This document shows positions 11,864 to 20,430 of a stretch of 64,000 nt of DNA, one piece after another; positions within the stretch are counted from its first letter, which is position 1, and each line of letters starts with the position of its first letter. This DNA is from an uncultured Ignavibacteriaceae bacterium (GTDB lineage: Bacteria > Bacteroidota > Ignavibacteria > Ignavibacteriales > Ignavibacteriaceae): contig CAZEWJ010000001.1 of the NCBI GenBank assembly GCA_964515875.1, forward strand, positions 88,740 to 152,739, written 5' to 3'. The notes beneath the pieces were generated by a model that had not been told where the DNA came from, did no database searches, and saw only the letters and a list, made by a program, of their open reading frames with translations. The translations under genes were made by a program, and so were the position numbers.

Positions 11864-12409
11864 ATGCTCGATTTTCTTAAACATAAGATTGCCGAAATAG
11901 TAGTTGATAAGCAGCTAAAAGCACAGCACTTTGAGCCGCATACATTTACTGATTTCTTTGATAAAGCTTTTACTTTTTTTATAGCAATGCCTGAAGATGA
12001 CAGGGATTTTACTTATTCTCTTATTGTTCTGAACTTCCTTGCAGATTATAAAAAAAGTGCTATGGTTATGACAAAAGACTTTAAAGTAAGCCTCCTTCCA
12101 CAAAAGTATAGGGGACGTGCAATTGAGTATTCCCTAAAAGATATTAATAAATTGAAGCTGCCTACTAAAAAGCTTGCTGATAAACTTAGTGATATGCAAT
12201 TCAATGTTTCTATTGATTTAAACAGAAAAGAAAATCTTTTCTACAGCTATTCCTCAAACTTAGTTCAGGCTCCGTTGAAGATTGGTTTTGCCAAACCGGA
12301 TTCCGATAAATTTTATAACCTCCAGATAATAAATGAGCAGGATAATCCTGAGATTTCATACGAAAATTTCTTAAATTGTCTTAAAATGTTTTCAGGAATA
12401 ACCCAATGA
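11864..12409 (+). CDS. Hypothetical protein (181 aa), translationally coupled to the STAS gene
   Basis: Long ORF with a 4-nt ATGA overlap with the downstream gene. No motif recognised. Confidence 0.45.
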   Translation: MLDFLKHKIAEIVVDKQLKAQHFEPHTFTDFFDKAFTFFIAMPEDDRDFTYSLIVLNFLADYKKSAMVMTKDFKVSLLPQKYRGRAIEYSLKDINKLKLPTKKLADKLSDMQFNVSIDLNRKENLFYSYSSNLVQAPLKIGFAKPDSDKFYNLQIINEQDNPEISYENFLNCLKMFSGITQ

Positions 12410-12759
12410 ATTATGAAATCAAAAAAGTAGATGATATAACAATTTTTAAGCTGAATGAAAAAAGACTCGATACTAATATATCAGGGTTGGTTAAAGGCGA
12501 ATTTACTCTGCTTCTTAAAGTTGAAGGAGCGAGCAAGCTTATTATTGATTTAAGTGATGTTGAAACCTGCGATTCATCCGGCCTGAGTGCAATTCTTGTA
12601 GCAAACAGAATTCTGAATTCTACAGGCGGAAGCATGAGAATTGCTGCACCGAGTGAAAAGGTTTCCTCACTTATAAGAATTACACAACTTGACCGTGTAC
12701 TTACTGTATGCGATACAGTTGATGAAGCTTTTGAAGAACTAAAAAATGAAAAAGACTAA
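12406..12759 (+). CDS. STAS-domain protein (anti-sigma-factor antagonist family)
   Basis: CDSSGLSAILVANR... and the overall SpoIIAA-like pattern, 117 aa. Confidence 0.75.
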   Translation: MNYEIKKVDDITIFKLNEKRLDTNISGLVKGEFTLLLKVEGASKLIIDLSDVETCDSSGLSAILVANRILNSTGGSMRIAAPSEKVSSLIRITQLDRVLTVCDTVDEAFEELKNEKD

Positions 12760-12943
12760 TCCCTTTTGAAAGGCAATCTTGCCGATTATATGATAATCAT
12801 TCCCTTCCTTCTTGCAATTTCAAACATTTGAATACAGTGTAGAATGTGCCCTGCTGATTGAAACTTTCTGTAAAGAAAGCTATGTTAAGAGTAATTATAT
12901 TGTGTATGCATAATGATAACTCAATAATAAAATTTGAAATAAT

Positions 12944-15124
12944 TTGGAAGAAAAATTCAATTTCAGTAAAAGTTTCAGAATAAAAATCCTTCTTGGATTC
13001 ATTACAATCCTTGCAATTGCTTTTATGTTTCCAAAAGGCGAATCAATTGAATCCGAAGTTGCAGTAGGCTCAATATGGATTCATGATGATCTTATTGCAC
13101 CATTTACTTTCCCGGTAATAAAAGATAAGATTGTTTACCATGGACAATTGCGATCTGCTGAGCAAAGTGTTTATCCTGTTTATCTTAATTATAGACGAAG
13201 CTCAGGTTTAATTATTGATTCACTGAATTCTTACAATCTATTTCTAATCAGGATAATTGATGAGACAATTAAATCCGCTGCTTCGACAGTAATTAATCCT
13301 ACCTTCCTAAGCACAGAATCTTTTAATGAATTTTTAGAATTGAGAAGACGTGAGATTAATCTTTTACAGGGAAAAGAGTTCAATCTTAAAACTTTATTCG
13401 GCAGAGTTGAGATGATTTTAAACAAGATTGCTGTTAAAGGTATTTTAAGTGAAGTCCCTGAAAAAGACAGTATAGCTGTAAGAGAAGGCAATGTAGATAA
13501 AATAGAAGCAAAAGAAAATTTTCTTTCTGTTAATGAAGCACGTGAAGAATTAATCAGAGAAATAAATAAAACCGGTTATTCATCCGGTATAAAAGATGCA
13601 CTTACTGAGTATGCTGCACATTTTATTTTCCCAAATCTTGTTTATAGCCCCCAACAAACTGCTGAGGAAACCGAACAGATCAAAAATAATGTTTCAAGGT
13701 ATACAGGAATTGTTAATGAGAATGAAAGAATTATTGCAAAGCACGACAGGGTTACTAAAGAAGCAAAATTAAAGATTGATTCATATAAGATTGCGAAAGG
13801 AGAGAAAATAGGTGAGGAAGGATTTTTAATCCAGATTTTAGGAAATTTTCTCCATATAGCATCTCTGGTTACTCTTATTATAATTTATTTTTTTCTTTTC
13901 AGAAAGAAGATCTTTTATGATAATCAAAAAATACTGCTGATTGCTCTTCATTTTCTTTTTATTTCTTTCATCACTTTTCTCATAAACCAGATTACAATAA
14001 AAACACCGATCCAATATTTAATTTTTATCCCTTCTGCATCAATGCTTCTCACAATTATTTTTGATTCGCGTGTGGGATTTTATTCTACAGTAATTATGGT
14101 TCTTATTGCCGGAGCTTTAAGAGGAAACGATTATACTTTTGCTGTTATGAATCTTTTTGCAGGCGCCCTTGCTGTTTATTCCGTACGTGATATTAAAAAC
14201 CGCTCACAAATATTCAGATCGTTTCTTTTTATATTAATTGGCTATACCGTAACTGTTTTAGGATTTAGCTTTGAGAGGTTTGCACCATGGGAAAATATAC
14301 TGGTTGAGCTTGCATTCGCGGGCAGTAATGCTTTAATAAGCCCTGTGCTTACTTATGGTTTACTTATTTTCTTTGAAAGGCTATTTAAAATAACGACGGA
14401 TCTGACTCTCCTGGAATTATCTAATTTTGATAAACCTTTGTTAAAAGATCTTTCAAGGAAAGCTCCCGGTACATTTAATCATTCAATGACATTGGGAACG
14501 TTAGGTGAAACTGCTGCTGAAAAAATCGGAGCAAATCCCTTGCTGGCAAGAGTTGGTGCCTATTACCATGATATTGGGAAAACACTTACGCCGCAGAACT
14601 TTGTAGAGAATCAGTTGAATAACCGGAATATTCATGAAGACCTTTCACCGGAACAGAGTGTTAAATTAATTCTTCAGCATGTTAATGAAGGGATAAAATT
14701 AGCTGAAGAACATGACATACCCAAAGAGATAATTGATTTCATTCCAATGCATCATGGAACAATGACAATGTCATTCTTTTACGAGAAAGCAAAAAAACTA
14801 TATGGAGATGAAAAAGTAGATGTAAATGATTACAGGTATCCTGGTCCCAAACCAAATACAAAAGAAACAGTTATTATTATGCTTGCAGATGGATGTGAAT
14901 CTGCTGTAAGATCTATTGAGGAACCGGATACAGCTAAGGTAGAAAATGTTATTGATAATATTTTTAAAGCAAGAATAGCAGATGAGCAGCTTGATGAGTC
15001 TCCGATTACATTCAATGATATAAATAAAATAAAAGAAGCTTTTATAATTATTTTACTCGGACAGCATCATAAAAGAATAAAATATCCAAAGCAGGAAGAG
15101 ATTGAGAAAGGAGAGCAAGAATGA
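12944..15124 (+). CDS. 7TM-receptor HD-domain phosphohydrolase (PgpH/YqfF-like)
   Basis: Extracellular N-domain, about 7 TM helices, then an HD domain (NHSMTLG...YYHDIGK...MHHGT...ADGCES). TTG start. Confidence 0.8.
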   Translation: MEEKFNFSKSFRIKILLGFITILAIAFMFPKGESIESEVAVGSIWIHDDLIAPFTFPVIKDKIVYHGQLRSAEQSVYPVYLNYRRSSGLIIDSLNSYNLFLIRIIDETIKSAASTVINPTFLSTESFNEFLELRRREINLLQGKEFNLKTLFGRVEMILNKIAVKGILSEVPEKDSIAVREGNVDKIEAKENFLSVNEAREELIREINKTGYSSGIKDALTEYAAHFIFPNLVYSPQQTAEETEQIKNNVSRYTGIVNENERIIAKHDRVTKEAKLKIDSYKIAKGEKIGEEGFLIQILGNFLHIASLVTLIIIYFFLFRKKIFYDNQKILLIALHFLFISFITFLINQITIKTPIQYLIFIPSASMLLTIIFDSRVGFYSTVIMVLIAGALRGNDYTFAVMNLFAGALAVYSVRDIKNRSQIFRSFLFILIGYTVTVLGFSFERFAPWENILVELAFAGSNALISPVLTYGLLIFFERLFKITTDLTLLELSNFDKPLLKDLSRKAPGTFNHSMTLGTLGETAAEKIGANPLLARVGAYYHDIGKTLTPQNFVENQLNNRNIHEDLSPEQSVKLILQHVNEGIKLAEEHDIPKEIIDFIPMHHGTMTMSFFYEKAKKLYGDEKVDVNDYRYPGPKPNTKETVIIMLADGCESAVRSIEEPDTAKVENVIDNIFKARIADEQLDESPITFNDINKIKEAFIIILLGQHHKRIKYPKQEEIEKGEQE

Positions 15125-15125
15125 A

Positions 15126-15160
15126 AAAATGTAAGATGGTAAATGGAAAATGTAAGATGG
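15126..15160. repeat. Direct repeat aaaatgtaagatgg x2 (period 21) after the stop codon
   Basis: Copies at 15126-15139 and 15147-15160, followed by a second reiterated word (aaatgacaaatgatcaatgacaa). Confidence 0.5.
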
Positions 15161-15190
15161 CAAAAACAGTTGAATGCGAACAAATGACAA

Positions 15191-16102
15191 ATGATCAATG
15201 ACAACCATGGTATGAACATCTTCCTTAAAGAATACCTTAATATCCTCAGGCTTGAAAAGAACTTATCTGAAAATACAATTTCATCCTACCGGAATGATTT
15301 AGTTTCCCTTATTGGCTTTCTTGAATCTGAAAAGACAAATGATTTTTCGCAGGTTGATCATAAACTCCTTAATTCATTCTTTAAGAAACTTCAGGAGTTA
15401 GGTCTAAGCAGAACATCTGCAGCAAGATATTATTCATCAATAAAAGGATTTTTTAATTATCTTTTTTCAAATAAATATATCGAAGCAAATCCTGTAGAAA
15501 AAGTTTCTCCGCCTAAATTATCAAAAACTCTTCCTTCAGTTCTGACAGTTGAAGAAGCGGACAAAATTTTATCTATGCCTGCTGTAGATGATAAACTTGG
15601 TCTGCGTGATAAAAGTGTGCTTGAAGTATTGTATGCTTGCGGCCTGAGAGTATCAGAATTAATTGAATTAAAAATATCAAATCTTTTTTTTGATGAAGAA
15701 ATTATCAGGGTTTTTGGCAAGGGCTCAAAGGAAAGATTAGTGCCGATTGGAAACAGCGCAATAAAATGGACGAAAGAATACCTTATAAAGAGCCGTCCTT
15801 TACTTGAAAAAAGATCAAAGAGTGAAGGAATAGTTTTTCTTAATAATAGGGGAACAAAGCTTTCAAGAATGGGTGTGTGGAAAATTGTTGAACGCTATAC
15901 AAAAGAAGCGGGAATTGAAAGAAATGTACATCCTCATACTTTCAGGCATTCATTTGCAACGCATCTTCTTGAAGGTGGTGCTGATTTGAGGGCAGTCCAG
16001 GAAATGCTTGGACATGCAGACATTTCAACAACTCAAATTTATACTCACATTGACAGAGACTATATTAAACAGGTTCACAGGGATTTTCATCCAAGAGGCT
16101 GA
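15191..16102 (+). CDS. xerD: Tyrosine recombinase XerD-like
   Basis: RHSFATHLLEGGADLRAVQEMLGHADISTTQIYTH and ACGLRVSEL motifs. ATG at 15209 is a possible alternative start. Confidence 0.85.
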   Translation: MINDNHGMNIFLKEYLNILRLEKNLSENTISSYRNDLVSLIGFLESEKTNDFSQVDHKLLNSFFKKLQELGLSRTSAARYYSSIKGFFNYLFSNKYIEANPVEKVSPPKLSKTLPSVLTVEEADKILSMPAVDDKLGLRDKSVLEVLYACGLRVSELIELKISNLFFDEEIIRVFGKGSKERLVPIGNSAIKWTKEYLIKSRPLLEKRSKSEGIVFLNNRGTKLSRMGVWKIVERYTKEAGIERNVHPHTFRHSFATHLLEGGADLRAVQEMLGHADISTTQIYTHIDRDYIKQVHRDFHPRG

Positions 16103-17113
16103 ATGATATTTTGCCGGTTGGCTATTATAGCCTTTTCAATTCTTCTTTTATCCTGCAATGATAAAAAGGAGGAACAAAAAACCATTTATGATTCTTCTAA
16201 ACCTATGCTTAAAGATTTTCTTTTTGTTGGAATGATTAAAGATAAAGCAGGTATTTACAAATATAATCTTGAACAAAAAACTTATGAACCTTTTTGGTCA
16301 GATAAGAGAGAAGAAGTTGTGGAGTTATCTTATTCTGAAAAAATGCAGAATTCTTTCTTTTTAACTGCTAAAAATTTTGGAAAAACCGGTTCATTCCCAT
16401 TTGTTAATAATATTAAATTGTACATGGTAAACTCAGAAACCGGAAAGGCAGATTTTATTGAAGAGTTTGGAAGCGGAATTCAGGTTTTTTCACAATGGGT
16501 AGATGAAAACAATTTCAGAATTACCATCAACTCTTTTGATAAAAAAATTTTGAATTATGTTAACCACAGGAAGATACTTTATAACACTTACGGCAAGAAG
16601 TTAGAGGATATTACTGAAATTTATGATATTACAAAACAAGGTTACCCGCGGCTTTCCGAAAAGAAAATTGATTATTTCTCTCCTCAGCGGAAATATTTAA
16701 TTGAAAGCAGAGGTGATGACTCAATCGGGATTTATCTTAAAGAAGATGAAGAAGAGGAATTGATAATCAAAAGCAATCAGCAAATTAAGCAGTTACAGTG
16801 GGATGATGATTTGTTATTCCTTTCAACAATTAATGTAAATCCAGAAAATGAGAGTCTGAAATCTCAAAATCCCGAAACATCAAAATTAATTATTTACTCC
16901 TTAGAGAAGGATGAAATTTTAAGATTGTGGGAAGGTGAGGGCATAAAATTTTTTTTTGTAACAGGTGATTTTCTAATCTTTGATAATGGTTTTGGTAAAG
17001 ATTCTCAAATTGTAATTTTTAGTTTAAGACCGAGCAAGATAGTTGATGAAATAAAAATTAAAAACGGATGCGGGTTAAAGAACATTCCTCAAATTCCAGC
17101 ATATAATTCTTAA
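16103..17113 (+). CDS. Hypothetical lipoprotein
   Basis: Lipobox LLLSC. Starts immediately after the xerD stop. No catalytic motif recognised. Confidence 0.45.
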   Translation: MIFCRLAIIAFSILLLSCNDKKEEQKTIYDSSKPMLKDFLFVGMIKDKAGIYKYNLEQKTYEPFWSDKREEVVELSYSEKMQNSFFLTAKNFGKTGSFPFVNNIKLYMVNSETGKADFIEEFGSGIQVFSQWVDENNFRITINSFDKKILNYVNHRKILYNTYGKKLEDITEIYDITKQGYPRLSEKKIDYFSPQRKYLIESRGDDSIGIYLKEDEEEELIIKSNQQIKQLQWDDDLLFLSTINVNPENESLKSQNPETSKLIIYSLEKDEILRLWEGEGIKFFFVTGDFLIFDNGFGKDSQIVIFSLRPSKIVDEIKIKNGCGLKNIPQIPAYNS

Positions 17114-17119
17114 CATCTT

Positions 17120-17881
17120 ATGGAAAAAATTTCTGCAATAGTAATAACGAAAAATGAAGAAAAGAATATTGGGCATTGCTTAGAAAGCATTAAGTGGGTT
17201 GATGAAATAATTGTTGTTGATTCAGAAAGTGAAGACAGGACAGTTGAACTGGCTAAGAAGTTTACTGACAAAGTCTTTATAAAAAAGTGGGAAGGTTACG
17301 CCCCTCAAAAAAAATACGCTCTTAGCTTTGCAAACTTTGAATGGATACTTCATATTGATGCAGATGAAAGAGTATCACCAGAATTAAAAGAAGAAATTAT
17401 TAAAAAAGAACCTGATAGGGATGGGTTTTTTATAAGAAGAAAAAATTATTTATTTGGTAAGGAGATAACAACCTGCGGATGGAATAGGGATTTTCAACTG
17501 CGTCTTTTCCGAAGATCAAAAACAGAGTTGATAGAAAGAAAGGTGAATGAAGGATTTAAAGTAAACGGGAAAATCGGACAACTTAAAAATGTTATTATCC
17601 ATAATACTTTCTCTTCATTTCATAATTACCTGAAGAAGGTAAATGAATATACTTCTTTAAGGGCCGAAGAAATTTACAAATCAAAAAGTAAAGTAACAGC
17701 TTTTACAATTTTATCTCATGCATTCTCTGCATTTCTCAGGTACTATATTTCTTTAAAAGGTTTTAAGGATGGAATACATGGATTAATAATTTCATTTGTT
17801 CATTCAGTAAGTAATATGCTTACTTATGTGAAGATATGGGAAAAGCAAAGAAGTAATTCGAAAATGAAAATTTACAGGTAG
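17120..17881 (+). CDS. Family-2 glycosyltransferase (LPS-core-type)
   Basis: ISAIVITKNEEKNIGHCLES...VVDSESEDRT...DADE motifs. Paralogue of 53774-54538. Confidence 0.8.
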   Translation: MEKISAIVITKNEEKNIGHCLESIKWVDEIIVVDSESEDRTVELAKKFTDKVFIKKWEGYAPQKKYALSFANFEWILHIDADERVSPELKEEIIKKEPDRDGFFIRRKNYLFGKEITTCGWNRDFQLRLFRRSKTELIERKVNEGFKVNGKIGQLKNVIIHNTFSSFHNYLKKVNEYTSLRAEEIYKSKSKVTAFTILSHAFSAFLRYYISLKGFKDGIHGLIISFVHSVSNMLTYVKIWEKQRSNSKMKIYR

Positions 17882-17966
17882 GAAAAACTTATATTACTAT
17901 AAATAGATAAATACAATTTTGTTTTTTATAGTAAATGAATAAAATCAAATAGAAGGAGAGAAGTTT

Positions 17967-18170
17967 ATGAATAAAGAACTATTTGCGAAAGTATTAAAGA
18001 TGCCTCCAAATGAAAGGCTAACATTTGCCGAATTAATTCTTGCAAGTTTAGAATATGAAGAGGATGAAGTTCGCATTACATGGATTAAAGAGGTTAATGA
18101 TCGGATGAAAGCAGTTAAAGAAGGTCAGGCCAAGTTGTTGGACTTTGAAGAATTGTATAATGCAGGTTAA
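17967..18170 (+). CDS. Addiction-module antitoxin (TIGR02574-like)
   Basis: LKMPPNERLTFAELILASLE...WIKEVNDRMKAVKEG pattern. GGAGAG Shine-Dalgarno. The stop overlaps the toxin start. Confidence 0.7.
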   Translation: MNKELFAKVLKMPPNERLTFAELILASLEYEEDEVRITWIKEVNDRMKAVKEGQAKLLDFEELYNAG

Positions 18171-18457
18171 AATTCATGAATTAGCTGCTAAAGAATTTGA
18201 TGAAGCTATTGAATGGTATGAACTTCAATCACAACAACTTGGTAAGCGATTTAAAAGGTCCGTTATTGAACAGATAACTAAAATAAAAAAGAAACCCGAA
18301 ATGGTATTTGATTGAAGATGATAATATTTACAAAGCGTATATTCCTAAATTTCCATTCAAAATACTTTTTACGATAGAAAATAAAAATAATATTATTATT
18401 TGGGCTATTGCTCACATGCATAGAAAACCTTGGTACTGGCAATCAAGAATAAACTAA
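18160..18457 (+). pseudogene. RelE/ParE-family toxin disrupted by a +1 frameshift in an A6 run
   Basis: The frame from ATG 18160 gives MQVKIHELAAKEFDEAIEWYELQSQQLGKRFKRSVIEQITKIKKKPEMVFD*, with the stop at 18313-18315. The next frame from about 18290 gives RNPKWYLIEDDNIYKAYIPKFPFKILFTIENKNNIIIWAIAHMHRKPWYWQSRIN*. The switch maps to A6 at 18285-18290. Confidence 0.65.
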
Positions 18458-18486
18458 CAATTTCATTTTTTAAATGAGTTCATAGC

Positions 18487-20307
18487 TCATAATTTAAACT
18501 GCATATTATAAAGCTTGCTGTAAAGACCATTAAGTTTTAACAACTCGTTATGAGCCCCTTGTTCAACGATTTCTCCCACATTTAGAACAATAATCTTATC
18601 TGCATTCTGAACAGTGCTTAACCTGTGTGCAATTACAATTGAGGTTCTTCCCTCCATCAGTCTTTCTATTGCCTGCTGAACAAGAATTTCAGATTCGGTA
18701 TCGAGTGAAGAAGTGGCTTCATCGAGAATTAATATGGGAGGATTTTTTAGCAGAGCACGGGCAATTGATAATCTCTGCCTTTCTCCTCCAGAAAGCTTAA
18801 CTCCTCTGTCACCAATCAAGGTATCATAGCCGATGTCAAGTTCGGAAATAAAATTGTGTGCATTGGCAGCTTTTGCAGCTTCAATTATTTTATCAATGGA
18901 AGGATTTATAATTCCATAAGCAATATTATTTCTTATTGTGTCATTAAAAAGAATTGTCTCCTGCGTAACGATTCCCATTAATTCTCTTAAAGATTTAATT
19001 TTGATCTTCCGAATATCAACACCATCGATGAAAATTGTTCCTGATTCAACATCATAAAAGCGTGGAATCAAATCTATCAGGCTTGATTTACCAGCTCCAC
19101 TAGGACCCACAATTGCAACAATCTCACCTTTTTTTATTTCAAGGCTGGTATTTTTAAGAATTCGGTCACTCTTTTCATATTTAAAATATACATCTCTGAA
19201 TTTAATACTTTCATTAAAAGATTTTAATTCAACTGCATCCGGTGCATCAAAAATTTTCGGTTCAGTATCCAGGATATTAAATACTCTTTCTGCAGCTGCT
19301 CTTCCTTCCTGAACCTGGTTAAAGGCTTGCCCAAGCAATTTCAATGTGGGCATCATTTGAAAAAATATCCCAAGGTATACTAGGAAAGCTCCCGGAGTCA
19401 TATCACTTTGACCGGTAATAATCTGTATTCCTATAAAATAAAGTATAATTGCAACCGCAAATACTCCTATTACCTCTGTAATTGGAGATGCAAGCCCTCT
19501 TCTTCTTACAAGACTTATTATGAGGTTAAAATAATTTCTTTCACTTTCCCGAAACCTGCTTACTTCATATTCCTCAGTACCAAAAGCTTTAACGATTCTC
19601 ATAGCACCGAAAGTCTCATCAAGTATTGAGGTTGTGTTTGCAATTCTTTCCTGTGAACGTGTGCTTTTTCGTCTTAATGATTTCCCAATTCTCGCAAGAA
19701 AAAAAGCAATGAGCGGGAGCATTGCAAAAATGAGGATAGTCAACTTCCAGTTGAAGATGAATAATACAATTGTAAATAAAATAATTGAAGGAGGATCTCT
19801 GAAAAAGCTGTTTATCACAGCAGTTATTGAATCACGTATTATTAATACATCATTCATAATTCTGGAAATTAAAATTCCTTTTCTCTCTTCAGTAAAGTAT
19901 CCCAGTGAGAGTTTGTGAAAGTGAGCATAAAGATCAAGACGAATATCTCTGATTACTCCCTGGTCAACTGTTGACATAAAATATGTTTGCAGATATTGGA
20001 AAAGATTTTTTAGCGTAAAGATTAAAACAATCAGTATGCAGAGGTATACAAGCAGATCATGCTTATCATACTGAACTAAAAATTCATTTAGCTTGTAAGT
20101 GAGATAATCTTTAATATCAAAGATGCTTATATCCTGTCCCGGCTGAAAATCAGGTTTTCCCGGGTTAAATAAGAGATCAATAAAAGGCATTATAAGACCA
20201 ATTGAAAGGAGATTAAATAATACAAAAAGTAGCATACTTACATTAGCAATTAGCATTGATCTGACATAAGGCTTCAGATATTTAAAGAACCGCAAGAAAA
20301 TCTTCAT
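18487..20307 (-). CDS. ABC transporter, fused permease/ATPase (MsbA-like lipid exporter)
   Basis: Six-TM N-domain. Walker A GPSGAGKSS, signature LSGGERQR, Walker B ILILDEATSSLD. Confidence 0.85.
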   Translation of the reverse strand: MKIFLRFFKYLKPYVRSMLIANVSMLLFVLFNLLSIGLIMPFIDLLFNPGKPDFQPGQDISIFDIKDYLTYKLNEFLVQYDKHDLLVYLCILIVLIFTLKNLFQYLQTYFMSTVDQGVIRDIRLDLYAHFHKLSLGYFTEERKGILISRIMNDVLIIRDSITAVINSFFRDPPSIILFTIVLFIFNWKLTILIFAMLPLIAFFLARIGKSLRRKSTRSQERIANTTSILDETFGAMRIVKAFGTEEYEVSRFRESERNYFNLIISLVRRRGLASPITEVIGVFAVAIILYFIGIQIITGQSDMTPGAFLVYLGIFFQMMPTLKLLGQAFNQVQEGRAAAERVFNILDTEPKIFDAPDAVELKSFNESIKFRDVYFKYEKSDRILKNTSLEIKKGEIVAIVGPSGAGKSSLIDLIPRFYDVESGTIFIDGVDIRKIKIKSLRELMGIVTQETILFNDTIRNNIAYGIINPSIDKIIEAAKAANAHNFISELDIGYDTLIGDRGVKLSGGERQRLSIARALLKNPPILILDEATSSLDTESEILVQQAIERLMEGRTSIVIAHRLSTVQNADKIIVLNVGEIVEQGAHNELLKLNGLYSKLYNMQFKL

Positions 20308-20430
20308 CTGTATTTATTAATTTTGAATAAACAAAAATAGTTACTTCTTACTTAAGATGTAGATGAAATAATTGGCAAAAGGAAAAGATTAGGGTTAAAT
20401 TTGGAATAAAAAAATAGGCTTAAAGGATAA

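Noticed and set aside
15121-15201. Mini-ORF MKKCKMVNGKCKMAKTVECEQMTNDQ
   Set aside because: It is generated by reiterated DNA words in an intergenic repeat, with no ribosome-binding site.
15191-16102. Tyrosine recombinase as a marker of an integrated mobile element
   Set aside because: The sequence and length fit housekeeping XerD. The neighbours are core genes, and I saw no att-like repeats or phage or plasmid genes.
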